Shown in pieces: positions 34,545-47,900 of a stretch of DNA of 64,000 bases; within the stretch, counting starts at the first letter, position 1, and each line of letters starts with the position of its first letter. Under the pieces are notes generated by a model that was not told the origin of the DNA, did no database searches, and saw nothing but the letters and a program-made list of their open reading frames with translations. Origin of the DNA: Zygnema circumcarinatum SAG 698-1b (taxonomy: Eukaryota; Plantae; Zygnematophyceae); NCBI GenBank assembly GCA_037447605.1, contig CM074804.1, positions 5,061,909-5,125,908 of the forward strand. Direction: 5' to 3'. Position numbers and translations under genes: made by a program.

Positions 34545-35210
34545 ATGGCTCCGGAGCAGAATCGTCAGATATTTGAGGACGACGATGACTGGCTGTGCGG
34601 GTATTTGGCGACTACGAAGTATAGCAACGACTCCAGAATCATGTCCAATCCGGTGAAGCAGGTGAAGGCGAAAGCCGCCAGGGAGCCGCGTGCGAAGAAG
34701 TACTCGCTGCAAGCCCGCCCGAGACGAGCGTCGGGCGCTGCAGAAAGAACACGGTCGGGTCCGATGGTGGGAGAGCTGCCTGGGCGCGTGAACCGCATTC
34801 GGGAAGAGGAGGGCGATGCAGCGATGAGAGAAAAACAGGCCGGCCATTTTGTGAGGGAGCACAAAGTGGGGAAGAGCTTTCGATCCGGTATCCGGCGATC
34901 AGTGGATTGCAGGCGGCAATCAATTGACTTTGACGAGTTGGACGCTGTGAAAGAAAGGTGAGGCTTCTTCTTGCTTGTTGCGCTACAGTGTAATCTACCA
35001 GCGTTTTGGAAGCCAGCTTTTTGCTACATATAGAGTTTACGTTTTTCATGTGGAACGGGGGAAACTAGTGTGAAATGTTCGCAGGGGATTTGCGGTGAGG
35101 TCTTACTGGTTCGGTGCTTATTGTGTCTTTGCAGGCTTCAACAACTGACAGCAGCTTACTACCGTGGACAAGTGGCTTCGAAAGTTCCCCCACACCCTTG
35201 TAAAGCGTAG
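34545..35210 (+). CDS. Hypothetical basic protein (~162 aa), 2 exons
   Basis: ATG in GCCATGG context; exon 1 34545-34957 (AG|GTGAGG), exon 2 35135-35210 (TTTGCAG|) in frame to TAG; purine-rich putative 5' UTR. No recognised domain. Confidence 0.55.
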
Positions 35211-36223
35211 GAGAATTCATACCAAATCCTGTCTCCTGCTAGGAAACAGGTTTGGAGTGTACGATATGGAGGTAGCGTAGAAGGAGAGAAAGTGCTTAGG
35301 ACACAATGCCCCTGCTCTTATCCATTAGAAGGTCCGGCGCCACCTCTCAAAGGCGTTCTCGTCGATTAGCTGTAAATGTGGAGTAGCTCCCAGTTGTAGC
35401 TCTTAAAGCTCGGAACTGGATTCTTTACCAGATCTGTAGTCGCGCAGGTGGGCACTAGCAATGGAGACTTCGCCCTTCTCTAGCTGCGGCAACTACGGCA
35501 AGCAGCCATTTGTAGCTACAGGCTGTCAGCGAGATGCACGATCTCTAATTTGTCGAATAATCTCAGCACGGCGATCATCGCAGACTTGTCCTGTTGTCTG
35601 TTCTGTACTTAGGAACATGTTTACTAGAATCTTCTTTGAAATTGTCCAAGTTTGAGTCTTGCTAAGAATTGAAAGATACGCAGTGTCTCTGCTGGGAATT
35701 CTTAATGCATGTATCCGGCCTCAGTCGTCGTTGTTCTCTTATGCCCTCGGATGTGCGTTGGTCTTCTTCCGGATAATAGCCGAGGGGGGTTTGTCTCATA
35801 ACTCGCAGTGTCGTAGTCTGTTCTACTTCATCCTACTTCTTGTCAATCCCCTTGTTATATCGTCGGAATATTATTACTTAAACTCATAAGTGAGACGAAT
35901 ATGCTTCCATCACATAAAAGCCGTATACAAAGGCGGCGACCAGAACACATTTGATCAGTAAACAAAAATGAAAATGTCAACTCTGCTTTCATGAAGGAGA
36001 AGTATTTTACAGAGCTGCTAAAATTTGTTCGTTGCAACAACCGTCGCAGCTTCAAAAAAAATGACTACTATACATACGAAGACGTATGAGCAAGACGTAC
36101 GAACCTGTCGGCTTGACAAGAACGGCATGTAGAGACAGGTACAGCTGACAAGTTCAGCATCGTGCTGCCCGGCACAGCAACAAACAGAGTCGTCAACTCC
36201 CGTCAAGCACTCCCTTCCATGAA

Positions 36224-39200
36224 TTACTCACGTTCCTTCATTTGTCGCTCCAAGGCAGACTGCAAAAAGGCTTCCACAGTATTCATGCCGCATAGGCTCT
36301 TCACTCGCTCCATAGTTGCTGGTGCATCGAGGCGAAAAAATTGATCTGCAGGGCTGTCATTGCTCGTCTGAATGCGCGAATCTGCTCGAGCTGCAGCGAT
36401 TGCATGTCTCACTGCAGTATGAACAGATGCGGCAAGCAGGAGGGGCGGCTCTCCGGAAGCTGCACAAGAAAAGAAACAACACACTTGGTGCAGTTCAATA
36501 AAAGAAGGGCCGCTCCCGCATTTCATCTCGTCCAACTTCCCGTCTGCAGCTTTTAGAGCTTTAGGGCCTTTATGAAGGCTCGGCAGACTCGCTCATGCTG
36601 ACCTTTGGAGGAGAGAACACCGCGAGCGTTGGGAGCGTCCTGCAGAAGGTGCACATTCAGCTGAAGGGGAATAGTGTCATGGCTCGGTATCTTGTAGTTC
36701 CATGTTCCGTCAGTGACAAGCTGACCTTTTTCGTCAACAACAACTTCTTCTGTGAGGAAGAATCCAACCCCCATCACGAATGCGCCTTCCACCTGTTGAA
36801 GCCCGATTTTTAAACCAAAGGATGAATCAGTTTTCATGTGTTTAAGCATTCCGTGTGTCCAAAGATTCGATATGTAAAACCAACCTGACACTCAATAGGT
36901 CGTGCAATAGCCATGAAAAAAGGTCTACCAACCTGCCCAATATCCACAGCAGGATTCAGACTCTTCCCACAGTCGTACAAAATATCGCTCCGAAGAATTG
37001 TCGTTGCACCCGTTAATACATCGATTTCAACCTGTCATTCACGGCATAAGTTCTTGAAAGCGATTAGCATTTCTGTTCGGTTAAAAGGCAACAAAGACTC
37101 TTGGTATGACCTGCACTGCATTATGTTAATCGATTTCCATTCTTCAAGCAATGGGAATAGGTAACTGCTGGTCGACCAATGAACATTGGCCCTCCCCCTT
37201 TCTTCCAAGAAGGCATTGAAGCACATGCAGCCATAGAGCTCCTTTCACAGCGTGCGAACCACGAGTGCGCCTACCTCGGAGGCCGCAGCACCAAAGTTGA
37301 AGTACGTAGTCATCTTCCCTTCAGCGGAGAGAGCTGGAGACAGAGCCTGAGCAGTGAGCTCCACATTTGTTTTCCTTGCCTGCCAACTTTCGATGTTATC
37401 AGCCACAAAGCAATCAGCACCAGAATGCCTACTTTCCTATGAAGTAGAAAACCAGAAACTCTAAGAAAACCTTGAAATTCCTGGGAGTCCTAATAGGCCA
37501 GGTGAAAGAAAACAGCCAGGCCCTTCTTTATTATCCCCGAAGATGAGAAAACTCACAAGGGAAATCACCTCCCTCCACGTCGTCTGTTTCTTCTCAGAGC
37601 CCTGATTTGCATTCGCTTCCAATTTGTCCTTAATCGGACGCAGTCTCTCTACAAGCACATTGCAAGCTAGTTCTGCAGCTTTACAGCAGGATTCGGAGGT
37701 GCTGCTTGCAGCTGTGATTCCGCCATTCGGAAGGCTGATGCTGTCCTGGTCAACAATCTTTATCATCGATAAAGAAACCAAGTTCGAACTCTCTGTTTCA
37801 CATTCCTTCTTTTGCACAACCTCTGCAGATGGCCTATCCCAGAGCCTGTTTAATGCATAAGCTACTGCCTGCTGGACCTTCACCCACAAGCCCTGCCCCA
37901 TCTCAACTCCCGCCTGCTCCACCACAACCGACCCGTCAGCAAATATGCTCACTCGTGACAGTTTTGGAGGTACAAACACTTTGTATAGGACAGGTGAGGC
38001 AGCTATTCCCCTCTTTTTCCATAAGTGTTGATTGTTGAATTCAGCAATTTCCTCCTTCCTCAACTGCAGGCCAGAGGAGTCCTTCAACTCATTCCACACT
38101 CTCGGCAATGTGAAGCCTTCTCCATTGCTACCTAATGTTCCGGGGAAGTATGCATTCAAGCTTTCCACAGAATGGAGGTTAGCCTCCCGCACGGCGCTGC
38201 TTGGGAGGCCAACTTCAGAGGCCACATGCTCTATGATGGCTTCTGCTAAGAAGGTCCCCTGCACTTCGCCCGGACCTCGCATTGTTGTTTTGCTTGAAAC
38301 ATTCGTCCTAAAAAGACACAATAACGCAAACAAATAAACCGCAATTTGAATCGGCGTATGCTATGGAGATAAGCGGCATTTCATTGCAAGCTACATGCTT
38401 GTCCTCGTGCCAGTCAACCCTTTAAACTTATTTCAGGCCTCAGAGCATGCAAGAATAGGCGAATGCGGGGACGCATCCCGGTTTCAGGTTTTCGTCTTAA
38501 AAACTAGTTTTTAGTTTTCTGCAAAAACCTAATTGACGAAGTACGGTTAAGAGGGCGCTCCCAGCAGAGGCAGACGAGCAGGAGGGGCCTACTTGCAGGT
38601 CTTGAGGTGCAGCTCGAATGCGCCGAAGTCGTACTGCGGCAGCGAGTTCGCGAATCCGTACACGCTGACGAGGCTGGACTCGGGCGTGCAGCCCCCGTCC
38701 AGCGCGGCTCGCACGCGCAGCGCCGACACGCGGCCCTCCTTCGAGAACGCCACGTCGTACACGGACCGTACGGGGTGCCGCCCGCCGACAAAGGCCAGGT
38801 CAGCGCCGCGCTCGAGCGTCATGCGTACGGGCCGCCCCAAACGGTACGCGGCAACTGCACATAGAGCGGCGACCTGCACAGGTTCCATGCAGGCACTTAT
38901 CTTATCGTAACCCTAAAACCCTAAAACCCTAAAAGCCCTGCGGCACCCATGTCAGCGTCTGTGGACGAGTCATGATGGACTGACGGAGTGTTCGTTTAGT
39001 TATCTCTTTTCTGCTTTCATTTTTGATGGGTCCCTCAAACGTTGCCATGAACAGAGATGATGTTGAACAACAAGTGGTCGCACCTGGTGGGCCTTGTGCA
39101 GTTTGGCTCCAAAGGAACCTCCGAGCCGGCGAGTTATGACCCGCACTGCATTCTGCGGAAGACCTAAAAGTTGGGCCATCATCTTCTGCAGCTCCTCGGG

Positions 39201-42200
39201 GGCCTGGGTGGGGCAGTGCAGGGTAAAGCAGCCGTCCTCCTCAGGCACGACGAGCGCAGTCAGCGGCTCCATGTAGAAATGCTGCTGAGAATTCGAGAAT
39301 AACTGCACTCTCCACGAAAAGCAAGCAAGCAAGCACATCTATCAGTAGCGCTGGTGGTCAAGCTACGACCACTTTTCCGGTTAAAACGTTTGACAGGAGG
39401 GTTAAACAGCGAGAAGTGTCAGAGAAGCGAGTGCACGGGTTGATACTGTGCGCGTTGTGTCTGGCAAAGGATCCTCGTCTCACCTCCCCTCCTTCAATGC
39501 GTCTCTCTGCAGCAGCAAATGCTTCTTCAAAGTTTCCCCTTTTGGGAAGGAAAGGCAGAAAGTAGGGCGGAATGGGGTGGAACTGCTGCTGTGCTTCCGC
39601 CGCATCCATTCCCAGCACGGGCGGTCCCACACTTTCCGTGTCGTATCGCACGACCACCTTCTTCGCAGCCTGCTTGGCGTGGCGGTGAGAGTCTGCAACC
39701 TGGCAGCAGATGGAGACACAGAATCGCAATGAGTTGTTTTATGTGGGAGGGAGCAGAAAAGGCCTTACAATATTTGTCGTTGAGAACTCATGTTGCTTTG
39801 CGCAAACTGTGACACATTGGTTGGAGTCTCAACGGATTGCTGGCAACTTCGAACGCATGGTCTCTGTCGCAGTCCTTCACTTGATGTCTGACTTTCCTTC
39901 TCACAGACATTGCGGTTTTTTTGTTTGGACTTAACTCGCTCGTAACGTAACTAACTCGTCTTTGAATGAAAGTCCTAGCCCTGCTTTATTTTGCTGAATG
40001 CCTCGCCTAGAGTTACGCTGTCGAAATAATGAAAATTCAGTTGCCCATACACTTTGTACTTCAATCGACTAGCTTTAGACAGTCTTACTTTCAGTAAAAA
40101 CGCCAACAAATCTCCGTTTTACTCAAGCATTGTCAATGCTAGAAACTCACTTCATTCAGATTCGCATGCTATTCCACTATTATAATACATGAGACGAAGC
40201 TAACTTCTGACCAGTGAGGTATGGTACATACCACAATGCCCAACACATCACCCACAAACTTCACCTCCCCCTGCGCGAAAAGGGGAATTGACGAGCCCGC
40301 AGGGTCGCAGACGAGCACATTGCTGCCGCCCGCGGGAACATCCCTGCCGTCCAGAAACGCGACCACTCCTTCGCTCGCCAAAGCCGGCTCAGCCTCCACC
40401 GCCGCCATGGCTGCCCGGGCAAACGCACTGCCGACCATTGCAGCAAAGAGGCAGCCCGGAGGCGAGGGAATGTCATCCACATACACAGCCTCGCCTGCAG
40501 AGGGTCCCCCCCTGCCTCACGGTGAAGCAGACCCAAAATTTGATGGAGCGTCCTTATGATAGGACACGCGGGATAATGAATCCGATTTTTTTAAATTCCT
40601 GCAGAGCAAGTGAACAAGTACCTGACGCCTGCAGTAGTGCAGTCCGTCGTGGAAGCGCTTCTGACACAGGGAAGTGTTCGGGGGAGAATTTGAACTTCTG
40701 GGAGCCTCCTGTTTTAGCCTTTAGGGCAGAAGCAAGGACAGGGCCTCCGGCCGCAGCATGCCTGCCTCCCTCTTCCAGCAATGCAGCGGGCTTCGGCCCA
40801 TTGGACAATGGGAGATCAGAGCCAATAAGCTCGTTGAGGAAGGTAAAAAGGAAACCGACCGCTACGCTGGAGAGGTAAGCTGCCTTTGCAGTGGCAGGTG
40901 GCGGAACTATCTCAACCTTCAGGAGCTGCACCGCCGCAAGAATTGTGTCAAGGGTGAGTTTTTTGGATACGAGTAAGTGCTCCACTTGGCGCGCTCTAAT
41001 TGCGTATTTTCCGCCAAATGCGCCAAAGGCTAGACGAGCAAGTTTGATATAGCATCCTCCCTGTGTGCCATCGGCATCCGAGTCGCCATTCGCTACGCCC
41101 TTCGAATAAAGTTCCTCTCCTGCTGGATTCTTGTGACTTAATTCCACTAGAAAAGCTGCATTCACAAAGGCGTGAGCATTTCCCGTCGGACGAATTGCAG
41201 CCCTGTATGTTCGAAATACAATCTGAGCTTCCGGGCTAGCAGACTGTGGAGGGTCGTTGTTGGCGCCTGATCCTGCAAAAGGTATGAACACATTTAACAG
41301 GACTTCTTCCTTCCGCAGCCCTTCTTCGGAAAGAAACTCTTCCATGGAACGAATTTCAGACCCCGTCGTCGCTGACCCCACAGTTACATGAGCTCCTGCC
41401 CCTAACAGCAAAGTCGCCACATCCGACTCAAAGCCGCGTCTCTGAGCCATGATAAGGTTGCCTCCGATAGTCCCAGCATTCCTCACGTGCGGTGTTGCCA
41501 CTTTCTGCAACTGCACCGCCATGGCTGAATGGACGGGTCCTTTCCCCTCCTCCAAAAGAGTAATTAGCTTTGTCAGCGTGGTTGCGGCTCCTACTCGCAG
41601 CCCCTTTTGGCTCACCTCCACTTCAGTGAGCTCAGAGATGTTCAGTACGCTGACTATCAACGCCGGCTTTTCGTGCTTGTACACTCCAGCCATCGTGTTT
41701 CCTGCCACCAGTTGGATGTCCTCAGCGTTTTCCCGAACAAGAGAGAGAAGTTCATGCAGATCGACGGGAGATCGCCACGTCCGCCTTACTCTTTCACCCT
41801 TTTTCTTCTCACCCAAGTCAATTCCAAAAGACGAATTAACCCCGCCATAGCTGTACGGACTTAGCCGTTGACTTGAACTTTTGTCCTCGACCGCTTTCTT
41901 GTTGGAAACACTCTCATTTTGGCCATCCCTGGCTTCAAGCGCTGCAATGAGAAAAGTAGGAAATGGAGGGTCCATGGCAGGATTGTACGGGGGAAGCAAG
42001 CTGCAGTCAGCCTTCTCTCCAAGTCCCCAAAAGGAGTTCACACCGAGCTTCCCTATGTCTTCCATATCCAACTCTGCAAAGCTCTTGCAGGCATCAAGAA
42101 TCGGACGGTACCCCGTGCAGCGACAGAGGTTTCCCGAAATAGCAGCTTCGGCCTTGGAAGCTGACAGACCCGGCACGTGCGCCATTGCTTTCTGCACATT

Positions 42201-42742
42201 CACCTCTCCCTTTGCAGAAATTTTGTCAACCGCCTCCCGCAGGGTGGAATAAAGAGAGACAGCCATGCCAGGCGTGCAGAATCCACATTGCGAAGCATGG
42301 AACCCTGCCAAGCGCTGGTGGACGGCATGCAGTCCTGCAGGGGAGCGCGTGCTGCCAAGCCCTTCTGTCGTAGTGATGGCGCAGCCGTCAAGAGAGAAGA
42401 GGAGGGCAAGGCACGAGTTGATGCTGAACTCTTCAACCCTTTTGGCCCGCACGTCGTAGCGAGACACCAGCACAACGCACGCGCCACAGCCACCTGTACA
42501 GCAGCGACAGCCAAATGAGATATGAAGGTAACAACGCATAGAAATACTTCAAAAAACGCTTTTTTTAGGCACACACCTTCTCCACAGGCGAGCTTGGTCC
42601 CTTGGTAGGACGTGTGCAGGCGGAGAAACTCGTTCAGCGTAATGCCGGGATCCAGCTCATCGCTGAGAGTCACCCGACGGCCGTTGACAGCCAGCAAGAA
42701 CTCGTCCTTGGCCCTGTGTCCGCCACGGCCGCCAGCGTCCAT
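36224..42742 (-). CDS. Plant-type aldehyde oxidase (AAO-like molybdo-flavoenzyme), multi-exon
   Basis: 2Fe-2S motifs GTKLACGEG|GCGAC, ASQCGFCTPG, GNLCRCTGYRPI; FAD domain RNAGTIGGNL; Moco domain FYMEP, RRLGGSFGAK, TTMRGPGEVQG, GVEMGQGL, STSESCC, LNPAVDIGQ|VEGAF, SKASGEPPLLLAASVH (AO-type rather than XDH-type). Confidence 0.93.
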
Positions 42743-42832
42743 GGCTGCCACCGCTTCCAAGCGCGCGCCCGCACGAGCTCGCCGACCGTCGCTCGTCGCT
42801 GCCTCTCGGGCGAGTGCTGCGCGGGCTGGACC

Positions 42833-42935
42833 CATTGTTGGACCAACCGAAGGAATGGCTGCCACCCATTGGTTCGAGGCCTAGCTAAAACCATTGCCAT
42901 CCTCCAATGGTTGCCGACATAACTGGTCCGACCTG
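42833..42935. mobile_element. Internally deleted or degenerate family A MITE just upstream of the aldehyde oxidase
   Basis: Intact right TIR GGTCCGACCTG (42925-35), AACCATTGCC and CCAATGGTTG motifs, degenerate left end CATTGTTGGACC. Confidence 0.55.
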
Positions 42936-44261
42936 TCTAATCCTTTCCCGCCACGTGGCCGGCCAAAAAGGCGCCTCCGGGACTGTCGTGGCACAATGCG
43001 ACAAAATGGCAGTCTCAAAAAGTTGTCGACGTGCCGATTCCGCATCCGACGTGGCAGCCGCCGTCGCTGCTGCCACCATATGCAGTGTACGAAATGGCGT
43101 ACGGGCGGCAGGCCTGCGGGCGGCCGTACTCTTTTGGCGGGACAGTTCCCCACCGATGAACTGGGGATTGGCTGACTGGCTGACTGACTGGCTGACTGAC
43201 TGGATGACTGACGGACTGACTGACTAGGGAGAGGGAGGGAGGGGAGGGGGGCCCTCTGCGGCCGCGCTGGGGTGGACACGTGGACGAATGGGGCGTCTCC
43301 GCGGCGTGGCGCGCGGACGAACGGCGGGCGGCGGCGAGCTGGAGGGGATGAGGCCCAGCCGGCAACCGCGCTGACGCCGTGACGTGACTCCCGCGTCGGG
43401 CCGCGCCGGGACTCGGGAGCGGGGCGGGCGGGCGGATTTGTCGTGACCCTCGGGGTGCGGGGACAGCTGGTGGGGCGGACAAATACTGTACAGTACAGTA
43501 CTGTAGTACTGTGCCGTACGGTACGGTGCGGTGCAGGCGGCTTTTAGCACGGCAGTGTGGCCGGCGGCGGGCGGGCGGGCGGGCGGATGCCGTGACGCCG
43601 CTCCATGGTCGGGCAGTTTCAGCGCTGGCGGGTGGGTGCACAGCGGCAATGTGCGGGACGAGCATGCGAACCTCAAGTTGTTGTTGCTGCTTTGCACGCC
43701 ACCTGCTTGAGTTGTTATGTTTTTGTTCCTGTTGGTCTTATCGATTAGTCTCCGCTGTTTGAAACATATTGTCTAACATTGTATGTATAGATGTTGCGTA
43801 TGTGCACAATATTGTCGTTGTGTATGTTGTCGTAATTGTATGTAGTTAGTATGTAGTTGTAGTTGTATTGTAAAATGTTATTGTATATAAATATAAACGA
43901 TGTTTTATATAGCAAGCCTGAAAACCTTATCCTCGAACCCAAACCTCAATTCGTGGACATAAAACCGAAACACCAAAATCCCCAACCCTAAAATTTGATC
44001 CTTCAACCCTGGATCTCAATGCTTGGGCCCTGAACCCGAAGCCCTGCAGCATGAACCTCTACCCTCGACTTCAAACTTTTGCTTCCATGAAAACTGACCC
44101 TTAGTCTCTAAGGTACCATATCGGTTTTGACTTGGTTGACATGGAATGACAGTTTGGACCCCTGAAACTCACACTCAACTTTCTAGTGGTAGGGCTTGTT
44201 ATTAATGATGTTTTTCATGTGCACTATTTTATAGCTAGCCTTTATGAACACGCATTCTTGT

Positions 44262-44335
44262 CATTGCCAATGGTCGCAACCATTGGCGTCGGGCCGAACC
44301 AACCATTGCTAATGGTGGCCAACCATTCCAATGAT
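44262..44335. repeat. Fragment of the family A CCATTG/CAATGG array
   Basis: CATTGCCAATGGTCGCAACCATTGG...AACCATTGCTAATGGTGGCCAACCATTCCAATG; no TIR. Confidence 0.55.
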
Positions 44336-44936
44336 GCCCACCAGTGAAAATTTTCCATGCCTCGGAATCTTGTAATTTTCGGTCAGTTCCAAAACCTTTT
44401 CCCTCCCCGTGCGACCCGCTTGTTTTTTCCGGCGGGCAGGACAGGACAGACCGCCTTTCGTACAGTACGGCAACCGCCGCGCATTCATGACCTCTACAGT
44501 CCGCACTGACGTCACGCCGCCGCGTCGCCACCTTCGGGCCCTCCCGCGCCGCCTCATGACTGTACAAGATCGTACATGGCCGTACCGCCCTCCCGCCGCC
44601 ATCCCCTAACACCGCCCTCCTCGCCGTCGACCGGGAGCCAGATCGGCGGCCGTGCGGGCCTCCACGTCGCCCACAGAAAGCTGCAAACCCGCCAACGTGC
44701 GGGCGGGCGGGCGGGGCCCTTCAAGGGAGGAGGGGGCGCCGCCCCTCTCCCTCCGCCTCGAGGCCCGGAGACGCGCTTGCGGGCTGGACTGCCGCCGCTG
44801 CTGCTGCTGCTGCTGCCCCGCCCACGCACGCTCCTCAGGGAGCTGCGGCATCTTGGAGGGAGCTCCAAGCGCAGGCCTCGCCCGTGCCGGGTTGCAGGAG
44901 GGGTGCGGGAAAACTGGGAGGATCGGGAGGAGAGGG

Positions 44937-47900
44937 ATGGGCAGCGGAGGAGAGGGAGGAGAGAGGGAGGGGGAGGAGAGAGGGGAGGCGGGAGCTGGAA
45001 GGGTGCAGCTGGATGGAAGGATGAGTGGGGAGAAGCCTTTGCAGCTGAGCAGGTTGGCGGTGCAGGCGGGAGGGGTTGTGTCGAGGGAAGAGTTTGGGGG
45101 AAGTGGGCATGGTGAAGAGGACGGCATGAGCGAGACTGAGGAGTGTCTGCTATGGGGCTGCTCTCTTGACAGCGAGCTCACTTGCACCTTTAAAATGGAG
45201 AACTCTCCTCAGAATTCGGGTCCAGGAACTTCGTCAATCACGAATGCAGCTTATCCGGGGTCTGTTGGGTTGGCCGAAGAAAGCAGCAAGCGCACATCCC
45301 AGGTAGTTCTAGGCTGTGCTGAGCTCCATGACCATTCTTATTTTGCAGTTCCTGGGAGTCGGCAGGCAGGGCATGGGCCGAGCGTAGCCTCCGATGCCGC
45401 CTTCGAAACTGCCAGTTGTGGAGGTCTTGAAGATAGCGAGGTAGCAGCTGAAGGAGCGGCTGCGTTGGAACAAGCTGCAGAGTGTCGTGAGGATGTCACA
45501 GGGAAGTCGACGTTGAGGAAAGAAGCTACTGATATTGCTCGTAGTACTGAAGTGGAGGAGACAGCTACTGAGTCGAGAGATGCGAGAGGAAGTAAAGCAG
45601 GCTTTGCCTTGCCAGCGTTCACAACCAAGGGAGGGGAAAATGACTCAGGTAACCTCTATAACTCTTCCAATTTTTTTCGTGCTATCTGTCGAAATACTCT
45701 CTTGTTCCCTTTTCCTTTTTCTTGTTTTTTCCTTTTTTTTTCTGCGGACTTGCGTTCTCCCCCGGTGACATCGCTATGGGTTAGGGAGTGGGGGCCGAGA
45801 GTATGTCATGTCCTGTCTATATTGAGCAACAGCTAGCTACTTATGCGCCCCTCTCCTTCGACTAGACGTCCAGCTAGCGGAGTCACGTCGCCGAAGTTTT
45901 CTCCCTTTGCTCTCTATTTCTACTCATTTAGCCATGGCGAACCCTGAGCTGACTTGTTGATTGCTACGTGGCTGTTTTCCAGCCGCGCCGTGCACGGCGG
46001 CTGAACTCAAAGTCCCTCGGTTGAAGTGGACAAAGCAGCTCCGTGAAAGCTTCAAAGCGGCGGTTGCTGAGCTTGGCGGCATCGGGAAGGCCACGCCGAA
46101 GCGAATCCTGGATGTGATGGCCACCCCGGGGCTCTCTCTGTGGCAGGTGGGACCCCTCCCTCCTCTGACCACACTCATGCATCGCAAGCACTCTCCTCTC
46201 CATCCTGTTGGGTCCCATGGACTCAGGACCGCAGCCAGGGCTTGCAAGTGGTCAAAGTATTGGGTTGTATATATTTTGAGCCATCAAAGTTCGTTTGCTT
46301 TCAAAAGTGAAGGTATTGGTTTGAACTTCTGGAGGATTTTTCTCTGACGAGCGACTGGACGTGTGTTCTTTTCTGTTTGCAGGTAAAAAGTTTTCTACAG
46401 AAGTATCGCAAATATCAACAGAGGAATGACAGTCTTCCCTCTGACGTTGAGTCAAATTTGGACGAGCCGGCGGGAGGAAGCCCTGCAGGAGGCAGCGGTG
46501 GGAAGAGGCCTGCGCGAGAGGCAGTGGGGGACGGGGGGGGGGATGGGAAGCGGGGGCGCTCAGACGAGGAAATGCCCCTTACCTGGGAAGAAACACTGAA
46601 GATGCAGATGGATGTGATGAAGGACGTGCAGCTGTTGCTCCAAGAGCAGTGCATCATGCAGGTATGTGTTGGAGGATGTATGCCCTTGCTGTGATGATTG
46701 GTGTAGCTGCTGTGGATGAAGGACTTACTGGAGTGAACAGGGATGCAGCCTTAGAGGGTGCTGTTGTTTATGAAGGCGTGTTCCTTTGCTTTCTGCAGGC
46801 ACAGATAGAGAAGCAGCATGCCAATCTCATCCTCATGCTGACCGGGGCTAAGACGAAAGTGGACGATTCAATGGCACCTAACGTCACTGATGGGCAGTAT
46901 GGTGAGTAAAGAACTTCACCCGGTGTAGGAGCTGAATTACCTTCATGGTTTCCTTGACCTTCAGAATTTGGCGATATGTCTTGAGAACTTTTCTTTCTGT
47001 CACTTTGTAACTGCCCGTGTTCCAATGTACCAGCGAATGGTCTTTGGTTGCAGTTGCAGTTACAGAGTTATTGACATGCTGATCGCCTAATCCCACTCCC
47101 TCCACCTTCTTTTCCGCAGGGATGATTTCCCCTCGATCTGCGGACTTGGAGGCGGCAGGCAGTCGCAGAGGCCCCTCTCAGAAGAGAGCCATGGAAGTTT
47201 TCCAAGCACCACCTGCAGCTTTGAACGCTGATTATTCAGGATATGGCTCCACTCCCCCCTTCCACTCCTCTCCGGAAACTCCTTCCAGCGGAGCTTGGGG
47301 AGCTCAAGCACTTTCTTGTCATGTACCTTCCGTCTCTTCTTCTACGCCTGCATGTGAAAACGCAGCACAGCAGCGTCCAATCCTTTGTGTTCCTCCTTTG
47401 GTAGTTCCCCCTCCTCCCCTTCCCCAGGCAGCCACGGCTCGCGACCTCTCCCCTTCCCAGTCCATTTCAGAGTCTCCTCGAACTTCAGAGTGGCACCTTC
47501 CTCATCAATATCAGCAGCAAGCCCTCGCCCCCTCACCGCAAGTAGCACCGCAATTCCAACCCCACAGCCGGCTAATCCCATCTGACCAGCACTCTCAGCA
47601 AGGCTCCCTTTCCCGACTTCTTTCTCCCGCCGACATGGTATCCGAGAGGCAGCACATGGACATGCTTCCGCAGAGACAGACGCAACTACCCGCCCCACAC
47701 TATGCCTCTGCAGACCGGCTCTATGCTCCCCCTCGCCAAGCTGATAACCCGCAGTGTATGGGCGTATCTCTGTTTGGCTCCAATGGAATTCCCTATCCAG
47801 CACAGCAGTACGGAGCAGTTCCTGCCATAGCAAGGCCCTTTGTTGCTCAAGAGGGGGGCTATCACCAGACCTGTACCCTCATGGCCTCCTGTCCCCCTCC

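Noticed and set aside
34079-34546. Poly-Leu ORF resembling a membrane protein
   Set aside because: Antisense reading of a GAG/GCAG purine-rich simple repeat.
43015-43910. ORFs and TGAC/TGGC and TTGTA low-complexity tracts between AO and the MYB-CC gene
   Set aside because: Simple repeats and GC-rich spacer; no coding signature.
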